Sequence record: OR228459.1 | Length of the DNA stretch: 64,000 nucleotides | Reading direction: 5' to 3' (one strand) | Part shown: positions 9,793-18,006 of the stretch, in pieces | How the letters are laid out: each line of letters begins with the position of its first letter | How positions within the stretch are numbered: position 1 is the stretch's first letter | Translations under genes and position numbers: made by a program | The notes under the pieces: model-generated | The model's database searches: none | Told to the model about the DNA's origin: nothing | The model's input: only the letters and a program-made list of their open reading frames with translations

Positions 9793-10215
9793 ATGTCTTG
9801 GAAACATGTTGACCGTGCTGAACTGAACCAATTTGATATCTTTGCTTTTGTAAATCTCAAACAAAATGTAGTGATGAAAGGTCGTGTTTTCACAGGTTCC
9901 GATTTAGTTACTAAAGTGCTAGTAATGGATAGTGAAGGTGAAATTCAAGGCGTACTCGATCTCCCTGATTGGGCCTATTACAGTACTGAAGATGCCATGC
10001 TTAAAGCATTCTATGAAGAAGTTGGAGCACTTCCTGGGGGTGACTTCAAGAATAAAGTATGGAACATGACGCATAATAATTATCGCATGGAACAACTTTC
10101 GGCAATGATTCAGCGTCTTACTGACATTGCATTTGAAACACCAGAAGCAATCATTTTAAAATACGTTCCCGATTTGACCATTACTGATTCAATGCTTGAG
10201 CAATTCAAGTTCTAA
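9793..10215 (+). CDS. hypothetical protein
   Basis: Track ORF, SD GAGG. Confidence 0.8.
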   Translation: MSWKHVDRAELNQFDIFAFVNLKQNVVMKGRVFTGSDLVTKVLVMDSEGEIQGVLDLPDWAYYSTEDAMLKAFYEEVGALPGGDFKNKVWNMTHNNYRMEQLSAMIQRLTDIAFETPEAIILKYVPDLTITDSMLEQFKF

Positions 10216-10229
10216 TAGAAAAAAAGCAG

Positions 10230-10258
10230 TTGACGTTTAATACGTTGGCTGCTATAAT
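10230..10258 (+). promoter_or_regulatory. sigma70-type promoter
   Basis: TTGACG-17-TATAAT. Confidence 0.75.
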
Positions 10259-10288
10259 TTCTATACTTAATCAAAGGAGAATAATATC

Positions 10289-10645
10289 ATGAGACACCGT
10301 TCCGAATTCATTCGCAACCGTACTGAATATCTAATGAATAAAGGCATAGATGTAGATACTGCTTCCAAGCAAGCAAATCTTGATTTCCGTAGTATGACTG
10401 AGTTGGCGGCTGAATGTGTAATGACTTGTGCTGATGAAGAACTTCCCGGTAAAGGTAATACTCGTTGTAATCGTACAGCTTGTCAAAGTGATAAGCATGT
10501 GTTATTTTATAATTTCGTTATGGGAAAGAATTATTGCGTCAATTGTGCAACTGATATTCGTTTCTGTAACAATCTTAACAAATTAGATTTATACCCTGAG
10601 TACAATAAATCTTTGGATAAACTGTTAGAGGACAATGCAAAATGA
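10289..10645 (+). CDS. hypothetical Cys-rich (possible Zn-binding) protein
   Basis: CNRTAC...YCVNCA. Confidence 0.7.
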   Translation: MRHRSEFIRNRTEYLMNKGIDVDTASKQANLDFRSMTELAAECVMTCADEELPGKGNTRCNRTACQSDKHVLFYNFVMGKNYCVNCATDIRFCNNLNKLDLYPEYNKSLDKLLEDNAK

Positions 10646-10890
10646 GTCAAGCTGAAATCACCGCAGACATTATCATCACTGAACAGCAACACATTGAAGA
10701 ACTCCGTATGCACATCAAAGACCTGTACCAGCAAGTTTCTGATGGTCTAATGGAAAGTGGTAATGTAGTTACTAAGGCTATTGAAAATCTGTACAAAGAG
10801 ATCGATGCATCCTTTAATAAAAAAAGTAAGTACGAACAGAACGTACTAGCACTTAAACGTCAAATCTTCAAAGAATTGGGAGTACTGTAA
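10642..10890 (+). CDS. hypothetical coiled-coil protein
   Basis: Track ORF. Confidence 0.75.
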   Translation: MSQAEITADIIITEQQHIEELRMHIKDLYQQVSDGLMESGNVVTKAIENLYKEIDASFNKKSKYEQNVLALKRQIFKELGVL

Positions 10891-11181
10891 ATGTTCAAGA
10901 GCTTTGCCCCTTGGGATAAAAAACCAGAAGAAAATGGTGCATACATCGTTGTGGTCTATTCTCGTGATGGTGTACCAGTGATGCGTATTGCATTTTATGA
11001 TGTTGAGTCAAATACGTGGACACAGCAGCATATTGAAGAATATGGGTATTCCACTACTTCCAAACTTAACGACAACATTATTTCTTATTATAAGAAAATT
11101 GATGGTGTTTCTTTTGAGGTAATCCCTGAATCCTATAAGATCAAAATGGATGGGGTTAAACTTAACGAAGATGACGAATGA
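10891..11181 (+). CDS. hypothetical protein (weak DUF551-like pattern)
   Basis: KPEENGAYIV...AFYD...W; family call is weak. Confidence 0.6.
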   Translation: MFKSFAPWDKKPEENGAYIVVVYSRDGVPVMRIAFYDVESNTWTQQHIEEYGYSTTSKLNDNIISYYKKIDGVSFEVIPESYKIKMDGVKLNEDDE

Positions 11182-11681
11182 CAACAATCTACGTTAACCA
11201 CAAATTGGGTGTCGTAATGACCGACACCCGTACTACAACTACAGTACAAGAAACATTTCTAGGTATCCCAATAGCAACGTATGATACATTCAATGATGAT
11301 GGTGTAAAAGCTATTAATGTACATGATCGTATCTTTGTTGAAAGTGGTTCATGTGAAGAGAGTACTAAAATTCTTCAGTACTTAGCACATGGAACACCGA
11401 TTAAACCTGCACCAAAAAAGTATAAACTTCTAAGTAATTGTTTTCTAGTGGATAAGAATTGGCTACTCCAAATTTATATCCAGAAAGGTAAGGTACATAA
11501 GCGTTTCCACGTTGTAAAAGAAGACTCTTGGTATTGCACTGGAAGCGGTAGCAATGCGTTGTATGAAGCATTAAAGGTTTATGACTTTAAGCCAACGTTA
11601 GAAGAAGCTATATCGGCCTTTAAGACCGTTCATTTCAGTGATCGTTTTACAAGCAATCAGGTACTGATTTACAAAATCTGA
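11178..11681 (+). CDS. Ntn-hydrolase / HslV-proteasome-beta-like peptidase
   Basis: N-terminal MTTI (Thr nucleophile after Met removal), DTR, and CTGSG motif. Confidence 0.6.
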   Translation: MTTIYVNHKLGVVMTDTRTTTTVQETFLGIPIATYDTFNDDGVKAINVHDRIFVESGSCEESTKILQYLAHGTPIKPAPKKYKLLSNCFLVDKNWLLQIYIQKGKVHKRFHVVKEDSWYCTGSGSNALYEALKVYDFKPTLEEAISAFKTVHFSDRFTSNQVLIYKI

Positions 11682-11710
11682 TTGACACAAATTTTAAATA
11701 TTAGTATTAT
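11682..11710 (+). promoter_or_regulatory. sigma70-type promoter of the sigma factor gene
   Basis: TTGACA-17-TATTAT. Confidence 0.75.
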
Positions 11711-11712
11711 AG

Positions 11713-11740
11713 ATGCCAGCAACAAAGCTGGCATTTTTTT
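11713..11740 (+). terminator. intrinsic terminator overlapping the predicted +1
   Basis: ATGCCAGC-AACAAA-GCTGGCAT followed by a T run. Confidence 0.75.
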
Positions 11741-11759
11741 ATCAAATTAGGAGTTATGC

Positions 11760-12728
11760 GTGAAAAAACTAAATCTAGAATCTATCCACGATGAAGTACT
11801 AGACGAATGTTTCCACAATGAGAACAATACTGTAAAAAGTTTGCTTCAAAGTTCGGCTGATGATATTGATGATGAAAGCACCGCAGTTGTAAGCAGTGAA
11901 GCATACAATACAAAAGAACGTTTGCCAGCAGGTTTGACCAACGAAATTCTTATTGACCGCATTAACAGCGGTATTGATGTGGCTAAAAACATGGACATGC
12001 TAGTACGTTGCAACAGTGGTTTAGTTTATGCAATTGCTCGTAAATGTACTTGTAACATTCAATTCCAAGATAAAGTACAATATGGTTTCGAAGGATTGAT
12101 ACATGCAATCCGCAAATTCGATACTTCTAAAAAAACCAGCTTTAGTACTTATGCTACTACTGCAATCAGGCAGACTATGTATAACTACGGTAACGAAGAG
12201 TCTCGTATGGTAGCACTACCCAAGTATCAATCAGTTAACAACGTAACGATTCAGAACTTCATTGAGCGTTTCATTGCAAACAACGGTCGTAACCCAACGC
12301 ATGAGCAGATTTCAGAAGGTACTGGTATTGACCTAACTTCAGTATCTCGTGTAATGAAATACACAAGCAATGCAATCAGTCTTGATACACCAGTTAATGA
12401 AGATGGGTCTGTAATGCTTCAGGACGTGATTAAAGGTGAAAGCGAAGACTTCCATTTAGATCCGGGTCTAATCACCGATGAGAGCATTATGAACGAACTT
12501 TTGGAAGTAATTTTTCATGACCTATCGCCAGATGATCGTGCATTAGTTGAAGCAGTACACGGCTTGAATCACGAAGATGAAAAATCTTTTTGGACTCTAG
12601 CATCGGAAGGTTTTGTTTACACTGATAGTAAAGGGCGTCAATATTCTTCACGTACCTCTTTACATCGCTGCTACAATGATGTAGTATCACGTATTCGTCG
12701 TCATATGAATGAGCGTGGTATCAAATGA
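11760..12728 (+). CDS. sigma70-family RNA polymerase sigma factor
   Basis: Region 2 LVYAIARK...GLIHAIRKFD...FSTYATTAIRQ; region 3 GRNPTHEQIS...ISLDTPV; divergent region 4. Confidence 0.88.
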   Translation: MKKLNLESIHDEVLDECFHNENNTVKSLLQSSADDIDDESTAVVSSEAYNTKERLPAGLTNEILIDRINSGIDVAKNMDMLVRCNSGLVYAIARKCTCNIQFQDKVQYGFEGLIHAIRKFDTSKKTSFSTYATTAIRQTMYNYGNEESRMVALPKYQSVNNVTIQNFIERFIANNGRNPTHEQISEGTGIDLTSVSRVMKYTSNAISLDTPVNEDGSVMLQDVIKGESEDFHLDPGLITDESIMNELLEVIFHDLSPDDRALVEAVHGLNHEDEKSFWTLASEGFVYTDSKGRQYSSRTSLHRCYNDVVSRIRRHMNERGIK

Positions 12729-13054
12729 AAATAGATGCGTTGGGTGTTGGTATTGTGTTAGCAGTGGTAGGAATACTTTCCATGCCATTCTGGAAGCCAC
12801 CACTTGATAAGATTGTGTTGAATGCACTTGATAATCCATATAAGTGCAATATGATTGTTGCGAAAACCGATGGTGAAGTAGTTAGTTCTCATGAAATCAT
12901 AAAACGTTCGACATTGGTTGAATATAAATCCAAAAAGAGTGTATTAGATGGTGTGAATCTATATCCTTATTTGGAATTTAATGACACATTTAGTACTAAT
13001 GCAGTACCGAATGCGTCTATTCAATCAGCGTTGGTATTGTGTTCAAAGGTTTAA
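12725..13054 (+). CDS. hypothetical membrane-anchored protein
   Basis: Track ORF, hydrophobic N-terminus. Confidence 0.7.
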   Translation: MKIDALGVGIVLAVVGILSMPFWKPPLDKIVLNALDNPYKCNMIVAKTDGEVVSSHEIIKRSTLVEYKSKKSVLDGVNLYPYLEFNDTFSTNAVPNASIQSALVLCSKV

Positions 13055-13058
13055 AAAT

Positions 13059-13093
13059 AAAGGGTTGACTTCGGTCAGCCCTTTTGTTATTAT
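13059..13093 (+). promoter_or_regulatory. terminator/-35 hybrid element, copy 1
   Basis: AAAGGG-TTGAC-TTCG-GTCAG-CCCTTTT then TATTAT, 17-bp spacer. Confidence 0.8.
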
Positions 13094-13124
13094 ATGTCTA
13101 CACCAACTGATGAGGATTAATTAA

Positions 13125-13451
13125 ATGAAACATTCGACTTTTGACAAACAAGAAATTATGTCTCTTTTGTTCAACAATGAACAAGTCTATATCGAGCTAC
13201 CATTCAATGACCATAGTGGTATGATGATCTCACGTACCATCTCTCACTTCCACGGATATAAGAAGCAACCAAATATTGAAGTTCGTTTTTATGAAAAAGA
13301 CGGGAATTATATGTCATATGCAACAGAATACTTCAATGTATATAATATTGAAAACGCCACTGATGCAGTTCTTTCTCGCTATTACAGTGAAGATCCATTA
13401 GTGTATTCAAAATATAGTACTGATTTCGAATCAACCTTTGTGAAAGAATAA
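13125..13451 (+). CDS. hypothetical protein
   Basis: Track ORF, SD GAGG. Confidence 0.75.
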   Translation: MKHSTFDKQEIMSLLFNNEQVYIELPFNDHSGMMISRTISHFHGYKKQPNIEVRFYEKDGNYMSYATEYFNVYNIENATDAVLSRYYSEDPLVYSKYSTDFESTFVKE

Positions 13452-13471
13452 CACGACAAGGAATCATAATA

Positions 13472-13747
13472 ATGCAAGTAATAAAAATTGAATATGAAGT
13501 AACTGACCATAAACTTGGTGGCAATTATCATTTCACTGAAATTGCAGCGAATGTTGATGCGGCGGTCACATACTTAGAAAAGAACTTCACTGGACTAGTA
13601 GATGTTACTACTAATATGGTAGATTATAGTGATAATCCACCAGTAAGAGTATACCATCATACAAAAGAACGTGTAGATGAAGACGGTGATTGGGATTACC
13701 CACGCGAAACAAAAATCGAATTATACTTTGAAGAGGTTATCGAATAA
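13472..13747 (+). CDS. hypothetical protein
   Basis: Track ORF. Confidence 0.75.
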   Translation: MQVIKIEYEVTDHKLGGNYHFTEIAANVDAAVTYLEKNFTGLVDVTTNMVDYSDNPPVRVYHHTKERVDEDGDWDYPRETKIELYFEEVIE

Positions 13748-14034
13748 TGAAAGGTATCAAAGAAGATGACCAATTACGTTCAGTACTAGAAAAAGATTAT
13801 AATGATATTGTAAACTTTAAGTACTGTGGTGATGAGTACAAAAAGAATACAAAAATACGTGATTTCTTGAATAATATCTTTACAGCTAATATCAAAGCGG
13901 TGTATACTGTCAATTCCAAGACTAACATTGATAATGGATGGGATTGGAGCGGGGAAATCGTTATCATAGTTAATGGTAAAGGTAAAGTAATTATCATGTC
14001 TAATTCTGAATGGTCTTCTATCCGCTTACTTTAA
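13747..14034 (+). CDS. hypothetical protein
   Basis: Track ORF. Confidence 0.75.
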   Translation: MKGIKEDDQLRSVLEKDYNDIVNFKYCGDEYKKNTKIRDFLNNIFTANIKAVYTVNSKTNIDNGWDWSGEIVIIVNGKGKVIIMSNSEWSSIRLL

Positions 14035-14043
14035 GGAATTAAA

Positions 14044-14355
14044 ATGAAAGGTACTACAATCATAATCAGCATTTTATTTGTATTATTCGGAATTGGTGTT
14101 AAAACTGTTGTACAGAAAGCAATGGTTCAAGATTTAAATTGTGAAGTGCGTGTAATCTACGATGATTATCGTATTAATGTAAACACCGGAACATTCCAGT
14201 CAGATGAACTTGATAAAATTGTTGAATATGGTGGTGCTATGCTCGGTGAACACATCAATGATTTGAAGAAAGTCAATAAAGGTTTGTATGCTGGATCAGG
14301 TAAGAAACATGATGATGTATTGGCATCGGTCGTAACATGTAAAAAAGTAGAATAA
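14044..14355 (+). CDS. hypothetical membrane-anchored protein
   Basis: Track ORF, hydrophobic N-terminus. Confidence 0.75.
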   Translation: MKGTTIIISILFVLFGIGVKTVVQKAMVQDLNCEVRVIYDDYRINVNTGTFQSDELDKIVEYGGAMLGEHINDLKKVNKGLYAGSGKKHDDVLASVVTCKKVE

Positions 14356-14363
14356 ATTAAAGC

Positions 14364-14398
14364 AAAGGGTTGACTTCGGTCAGCCCTTTTGTTATTAT
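14364..14398 (+). promoter_or_regulatory. terminator/-35 hybrid element, copy 2
   Basis: AAAGGGTTGACTTCGGTCAGCCCTTTTGTTATTAT. Confidence 0.8.
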
Positions 14399-14430
14399 AT
14401 CTACAACGAAACGAATATTAAGAGGAAATC

Positions 14431-14856
14431 ATGTCAGCCCTTAAAACTAAAGATGGCATTGCACCCGGTAAAATTATGTACCACGTATACGGTACAGTAC
14501 TTGCAAAAAGAAGACATAAACTTACTGAAGATAATATCGACGTTCACATTGAACGTTGTATTATTACGTCTTTCCCGAAATATTATCATTACAGCTTAAG
14601 TACTCGTACTGATAGTTTGTTCGTTGATTGTATTATGTTTGGGACGATGGGAGAGTTTCGGAGTGGGTTTAGTCTTAAAGATTGTGGTATTGGTAATAAA
14701 AAGAATTACAACCTAAATCGGCTGTTCACTTCAATTGGTGATGCACGTGAATTCATTGGTGAAATCATGGAGGGAAAGTTCTTTGACGTTGAAGAACAAA
14801 TGTTGTATAATGAAGAAAAATACTATTATGACATTTGTAATAGCATTACACTTTAA
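14431..14856 (+). CDS. hypothetical protein
   Basis: Track ORF, SD GAGG. Confidence 0.75.
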   Translation: MSALKTKDGIAPGKIMYHVYGTVLAKRRHKLTEDNIDVHIERCIITSFPKYYHYSLSTRTDSLFVDCIMFGTMGEFRSGFSLKDCGIGNKKNYNLNRLFTSIGDAREFIGEIMEGKFFDVEEQMLYNEEKYYYDICNSITL

Positions 14857-14865
14857 GGAGAAATT

Positions 14866-15159
14866 ATGAAATATGATGTTATCATTCGTACTGAACAGAC
14901 TATCCCATCTTTGAAGTACATCCATAAAGATGACCAATTTGATGAAGAACGTAGTCAAGAATTAGAACGCAGTATTCTACGTATTTTCAATAAGGCATAT
15001 CGCCCACATGGTATCGAATTAGTACCACATGAGGTTGAGTACTTGCACTTTACTATTCGTACTCTAAACTATGATGGTGAATGTAAGACGGATGAACTAC
15101 GTATAGCGTATCATTTCTTCACTGGTATCTGTGAAGCCTTAGAACTTAAAGTTGCATAA
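14866..15159 (+). CDS. hypothetical protein
   Basis: Track ORF, SD AAGGAG. Confidence 0.75.
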   Translation: MKYDVIIRTEQTIPSLKYIHKDDQFDEERSQELERSILRIFNKAYRPHGIELVPHEVEYLHFTIRTLNYDGECKTDELRIAYHFFTGICEALELKVA

Positions 15160-15181
15160 ACCAGATAAATGAGGATTTAAT

Positions 15182-15511
15182 ATGCCTATTCCATTATTCC
15201 ATGAAACAAATACATTCACCGTATATAAAAAGAATGAAGAACTAAAGAGAATCAACTTCACTGGTCACAAAGTTGGTTTGTATTATAAATTATATTCAGT
15301 ACTAAAAAAGAAGCATGACTACCATTTACAAACATCAACAGTGCGTGATATTACCGGACGTGTATTAATGAATGGTAATTTCATAGATATCTTAATGCGG
15401 TTGATTGAAGAACTTAAGAAAAAATATAAGTACTCAATCATTAGTTACAAAGGGAAGGTATTGAAGTCTATCATTGGTATGATGACGAAGAAGGTGTTGC
15501 CTCACAACTAA
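15182..15511 (+). CDS. hypothetical protein
   Basis: Track ORF. Confidence 0.7.
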   Translation: MPIPLFHETNTFTVYKKNEELKRINFTGHKVGLYYKLYSVLKKKHDYHLQTSTVRDITGRVLMNGNFIDILMRLIEELKKKYKYSIISYKGKVLKSIIGMMTKKVLPHN

Positions 15512-15795
15512 TGAATTTAAAAGAGAAGTATACTAAAAGTGGTGATCCACGTTTATTCCGCAAAGTACAAGTACTTGACAACGAATCCCAACGTAGTACG
15601 TATGAAAGTCTTGATGATCTAATTGATATGTTCCGAACTACCAAAGATGCTAAAGAACCAGAATTTGGTGTATACCTTAGCTTTGAAGAAGTACTAGAAG
15701 ATATGCGTCCATTTATTGTTAATGGTTCAGACAAAGAAAAGATTGAAGCTAAAGCAATCTTGGCTTATGTTGCTGCTAAACTAGCGGAGAAATAG
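15511..15795 (+). CDS. hypothetical protein
   Basis: Track ORF. Confidence 0.75.
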   Translation: MNLKEKYTKSGDPRLFRKVQVLDNESQRSTYESLDDLIDMFRTTKDAKEPEFGVYLSFEEVLEDMRPFIVNGSDKEKIEAKAILAYVAAKLAEK

Positions 15796-15832
15796 TTGGG
15801 ACAAACATGAATTAATGTCCTATAATAAGATA

Positions 15833-16260
15833 TAAACCGATTACGGGGAGTCCAATGGACTCCCTGATGTTGTTATTCCTGATCCACTTGAAAATGTAAA
15901 GGGCAGATGAGTTGATAATCGCAACGAAGTGCAGATGAAACCCGCTCGGCGGCAATGCGGCACTATAAACGAGAACGTAAGGCACGTAACCTCGCTAGAT
16001 AGACATATGAGAGTACTCACCAGATTGCTAAGGGAGTTTATTAAAGGGTTAGTCACACCCATAATAAACACATTCTATCGTGGACTGTATCGCGTTAGAA
16101 TGAGTGTAGTAGGACTACGACCGTTGCATAGAACAGAGATAGGGAGAAACAGGGCAACTCGCTTCCGTGTCATTGACAATTCTCTATACAGTAAAGCCGA
16201 TGCCACCAGCGTCAAGTTTTAATTCTTCCTCCCCAGCGGGGGGATGAAATTGCCTCTACA
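15833..16260 (+). ncRNA. candidate large structured non-coding RNA (unassigned class)
   Basis: Gap of more than 500 nt in an otherwise gapless gene run; GC-richer; many helices; TATAAT at 15821. Confidence 0.4.
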
Positions 16261-16280
16261 AACCTCGTCAATATAAAAGG

Positions 16281-16309
16281 TTGACATAATCAAATAAATG
16301 AATTACACT
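16281..16309 (+). promoter_or_regulatory. sigma70-type promoter
   Basis: TTGACA-17-TACACT. Confidence 0.65.
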
Positions 16310-16370
16310 GAACGAAGTGAAGAGTAATTCCGTTGCTATCGAAGATAGTAACGTTTGATAGGAGTTCAAA

Positions 16371-17237
16371 ATGATCCACCTAAAATTATCAATTCCAGAT
16401 ATGGATTATGCCAATCTCAATCCTGATTTTTATCCATACATTGACTGGAATAAATTGCGAGATACAGAAATCTCATTAATGCCGAAAGATGTAATTCTAT
16501 ATGCACCAATTCGTAAAATCATTTCCCATTTAGGTACACAAGAAAAATCAGGTACAAGTGATATCCAAGTACTAGAAGTAATCGCACGTTGCTTTAATGA
16601 ATTGAATGAAAAAAAACATTTATTTTCACGCGATGTAGATTTGTTCAACTTCATTAATGAATTTTGTAGTTTTGAATTTCGTAAGAAATATCATAGACAA
16701 TTACTTGCTAAACGCCACCCAGAACATACATATCAGTTTGTCTGTACATTGGTCGCAGATTATATTGTTGGTTTGGAGTTTTTAGATAAACTACCTTACC
16801 ATAAAATGACAATTGATGTATTCAACAAACTAAAACTGGAAGATATGAGAAAATTAATCTTCAATACTAATTACATTCAAAATACATTAACATATCAAGT
16901 ACCGATGGATGAAGCCGCTTTTGCATTACCATCGTCTGATTTAGAAAAATTAAAAATGCCAGTTCCCCGAAATGTTATGTTTACAAAAACACTACAGAAA
17001 TTATGCACGAGTGAACAGTTTTCGGTAGTTGTAAAACAACAAGAAGAAATTAATTGGGATGAAATGGTTAACTTATACCATAAATGTGAAATAGTATACA
17101 GTGACTTATTTCTAGTTTGGAAAAAGTTTATTGAAGAAAGTAATGAGGATTATATTCGCGATTCTGAAGAATTTGTAAGAGAATCTTTCAACAACAACTT
17201 TGATAGAAGTTACTTTAATATTAAGGATTACTTATGA
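16371..17237 (+). CDS. hypothetical protein
   Basis: 288-aa ORF, SD AGGAG. Confidence 0.85.
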   Translation: MIHLKLSIPDMDYANLNPDFYPYIDWNKLRDTEISLMPKDVILYAPIRKIISHLGTQEKSGTSDIQVLEVIARCFNELNEKKHLFSRDVDLFNFINEFCSFEFRKKYHRQLLAKRHPEHTYQFVCTLVADYIVGLEFLDKLPYHKMTIDVFNKLKLEDMRKLIFNTNYIQNTLTYQVPMDEAAFALPSSDLEKLKMPVPRNVMFTKTLQKLCTSEQFSVVVKQQEEINWDEMVNLYHKCEIVYSDLFLVWKKFIEESNEDYIRDSEEFVRESFNNNFDRSYFNIKDYL

Positions 17238-17530
17238 TTCTAAACATTTTTGTACTAATGATTGTTTTCATCCCTTTTTGGACTTCACTAGTCTATAAAC
17301 ACTCAACTTGGATTACTAAAGTAATGGTGTTCATTTGGTGTTCGTTGGTTGCATTTGTATTGTTCATGGTACGGGATGCTTCTATATCACTTGAACAGTA
17401 CGGATATCCAATTGATTGGTTCCCAATAACGTTAATATGTTCTTGGTTTATATTTGGACAATTTATTGGTTTAAAGGCAGTATTATCTGAATTACCCCGG
17501 TACAATTCTCTAAATAGTACTAATGATTAA
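17234..17530 (+). CDS. hypothetical membrane protein
   Basis: About 3 hydrophobic segments. Confidence 0.7.
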   Translation: MILNIFVLMIVFIPFWTSLVYKHSTWITKVMVFIWCSLVAFVLFMVRDASISLEQYGYPIDWFPITLICSWFIFGQFIGLKAVLSELPRYNSLNSTND

Positions 17531-17550
17531 ATCTTTTTAGGAGAATTTAT

Positions 17551-17931
17551 ATGGCACACGACCAATGGGATCGCAAAGATCCGTCACATGATGTAGATGC
17601 ATCGAAACTAGACGACAAACACAAAACCAAGTACTTTGATGAATTGGGGCTATTGAAGCCAGATCAATCTCTTTCGCATGATCGTCCTTCACGTGAGAAG
17701 TCTTTCAGTCTAGAATCATTAGGCCATGAGCTACGTGAAGTTTTCAGTAATCACCCAATCTATGTGCGTGACATTATTGAAAAACTCAAGGTAACACCAA
17801 AAGAACACTTTAAAGCCACAGTACACGCCGCTTTCAAAGCACTACACGAAGCACGTGGCAGTGAGCGTAAGATCCATGCTGCAATCATTGACGCGATTGA
17901 GTCAGTGAAGCACAAATTTAGTAAGAAATAA
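17551..17931 (+). CDS. hypothetical late protein with KYFxxLGLL motif
   Basis: TAAATA at 17511; SD AGGAG; motif shared with 58693..59226. Confidence 0.75.
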   Translation: MAHDQWDRKDPSHDVDASKLDDKHKTKYFDELGLLKPDQSLSHDRPSREKSFSLESLGHELREVFSNHPIYVRDIIEKLKVTPKEHFKATVHAAFKALHEARGSERKIHAAIIDAIESVKHKFSKK

Positions 17932-17934
17932 CAC

Positions 17935-17971
17935 AAAAGGGTTGACGAGAGTCAGCCCTTTTTCGTATAAT
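17935..17971 (+). promoter_or_regulatory. terminator/-35 hybrid element, copy 3
   Basis: AAAAGGGTTGAC-GAGA-GTCAGCCCTTTTT..TATAAT. Confidence 0.8.
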
Positions 17972-18006
17972 AAGAGTATCGAAACAAAACTATTAAGGAA
18001 ATCATA

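Noticed and set aside
15833-16215. tmRNA or RNase P identity for the structured gap (contains GCCACCA)
   Set aside because: No matching 5' acceptor strand, no T-loop before CCA, no tag ORF, and no RNase P P4 motif (GAGGAAAGUCC).
15929-16222. 97-aa + strand track ORF
   Set aside because: GTG start without SD, Arg-rich atypical composition, overlaps predicted RNA helices.
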